A stretch of 63,184 nucleotides of DNA, the filler included, from Octopus bimaculoides (Eukaryota), in the NCBI RefSeq assembly GCF_001194135.2. It is 7 parts of 7 records of this genome, joined end to end, with 100 filler letters (N's around TTAATTAATTAA, not from the genome) between each part and the next. Parts side by side here need not be neighbours in the genome. Positions count along the whole stretch, not along the records: positions 56,042 to 63,184 come from NC_068981.1; 6 more parts are not named here. The stretch is one strand, 5' to 3'. Numbering within the stretch: the stretch's first letter is position 1; each line of letters opens with the position of its first letter. A program made the position numbers and the translations under genes. Below the pieces are notes generated by a model, which was not told the DNA's origin, made no database searches, and saw only the letters and a program-made list of their open reading frames with translations. Below are positions 63,121 through 63,184 of this stretch, one piece after another.

Positions 63121-63184
63121 CCATGTATATATATATATATATGCATGCATGCACATGTATGTATATATATATATATATATATAT

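Noticed and set aside
1-63184. CRISPR arrays, rRNA, prokaryotic operons
   Set aside because: None seen; no regular repeat-spacer arrays; the sequence is eukaryotic.

Overview
AT-rich, gappy draft animal genome sequence dominated by microsatellites and decayed transposons. The SINE families and (TA)n/(CA)n density suggest an octopod cephalopod (inference, no database check). Most supplied ORFs are low-complexity or N-spanning artefacts. Recognisable elements: an RTE LINE, two inverted Tx1/L1-clade copies, two Gypsy LTR elements, at least three Penelope-like elements (PLEs), CRE-like and R4/Dong-like RLE LINE 3' ends, mariner/Tc1 relics, an internally deleted Helitron plus Helitron/HINE ends, several foldback MITEs (one with head-to-head TTAGGG tracts) and four tRNA-SINE families. 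Two spliced genes missed by the ORF track are proposed from splice-site and phase analysis. One is a plus-strand gene (exons ~5.8-12.4 kb). The other is a minus-strand coiled-coil gene (exons at 41.4, 33.6 and 12.8 kb) whose introns hold most of the TEs. The most unusual item is a PLE whose ~300-bp terminal repeat joins a 73-nt tRNA-derived Pol III promoter to a minimal hammerhead ribozyme. It occurs as inverted termini with a 12-bp target duplication, and as further partial copies.
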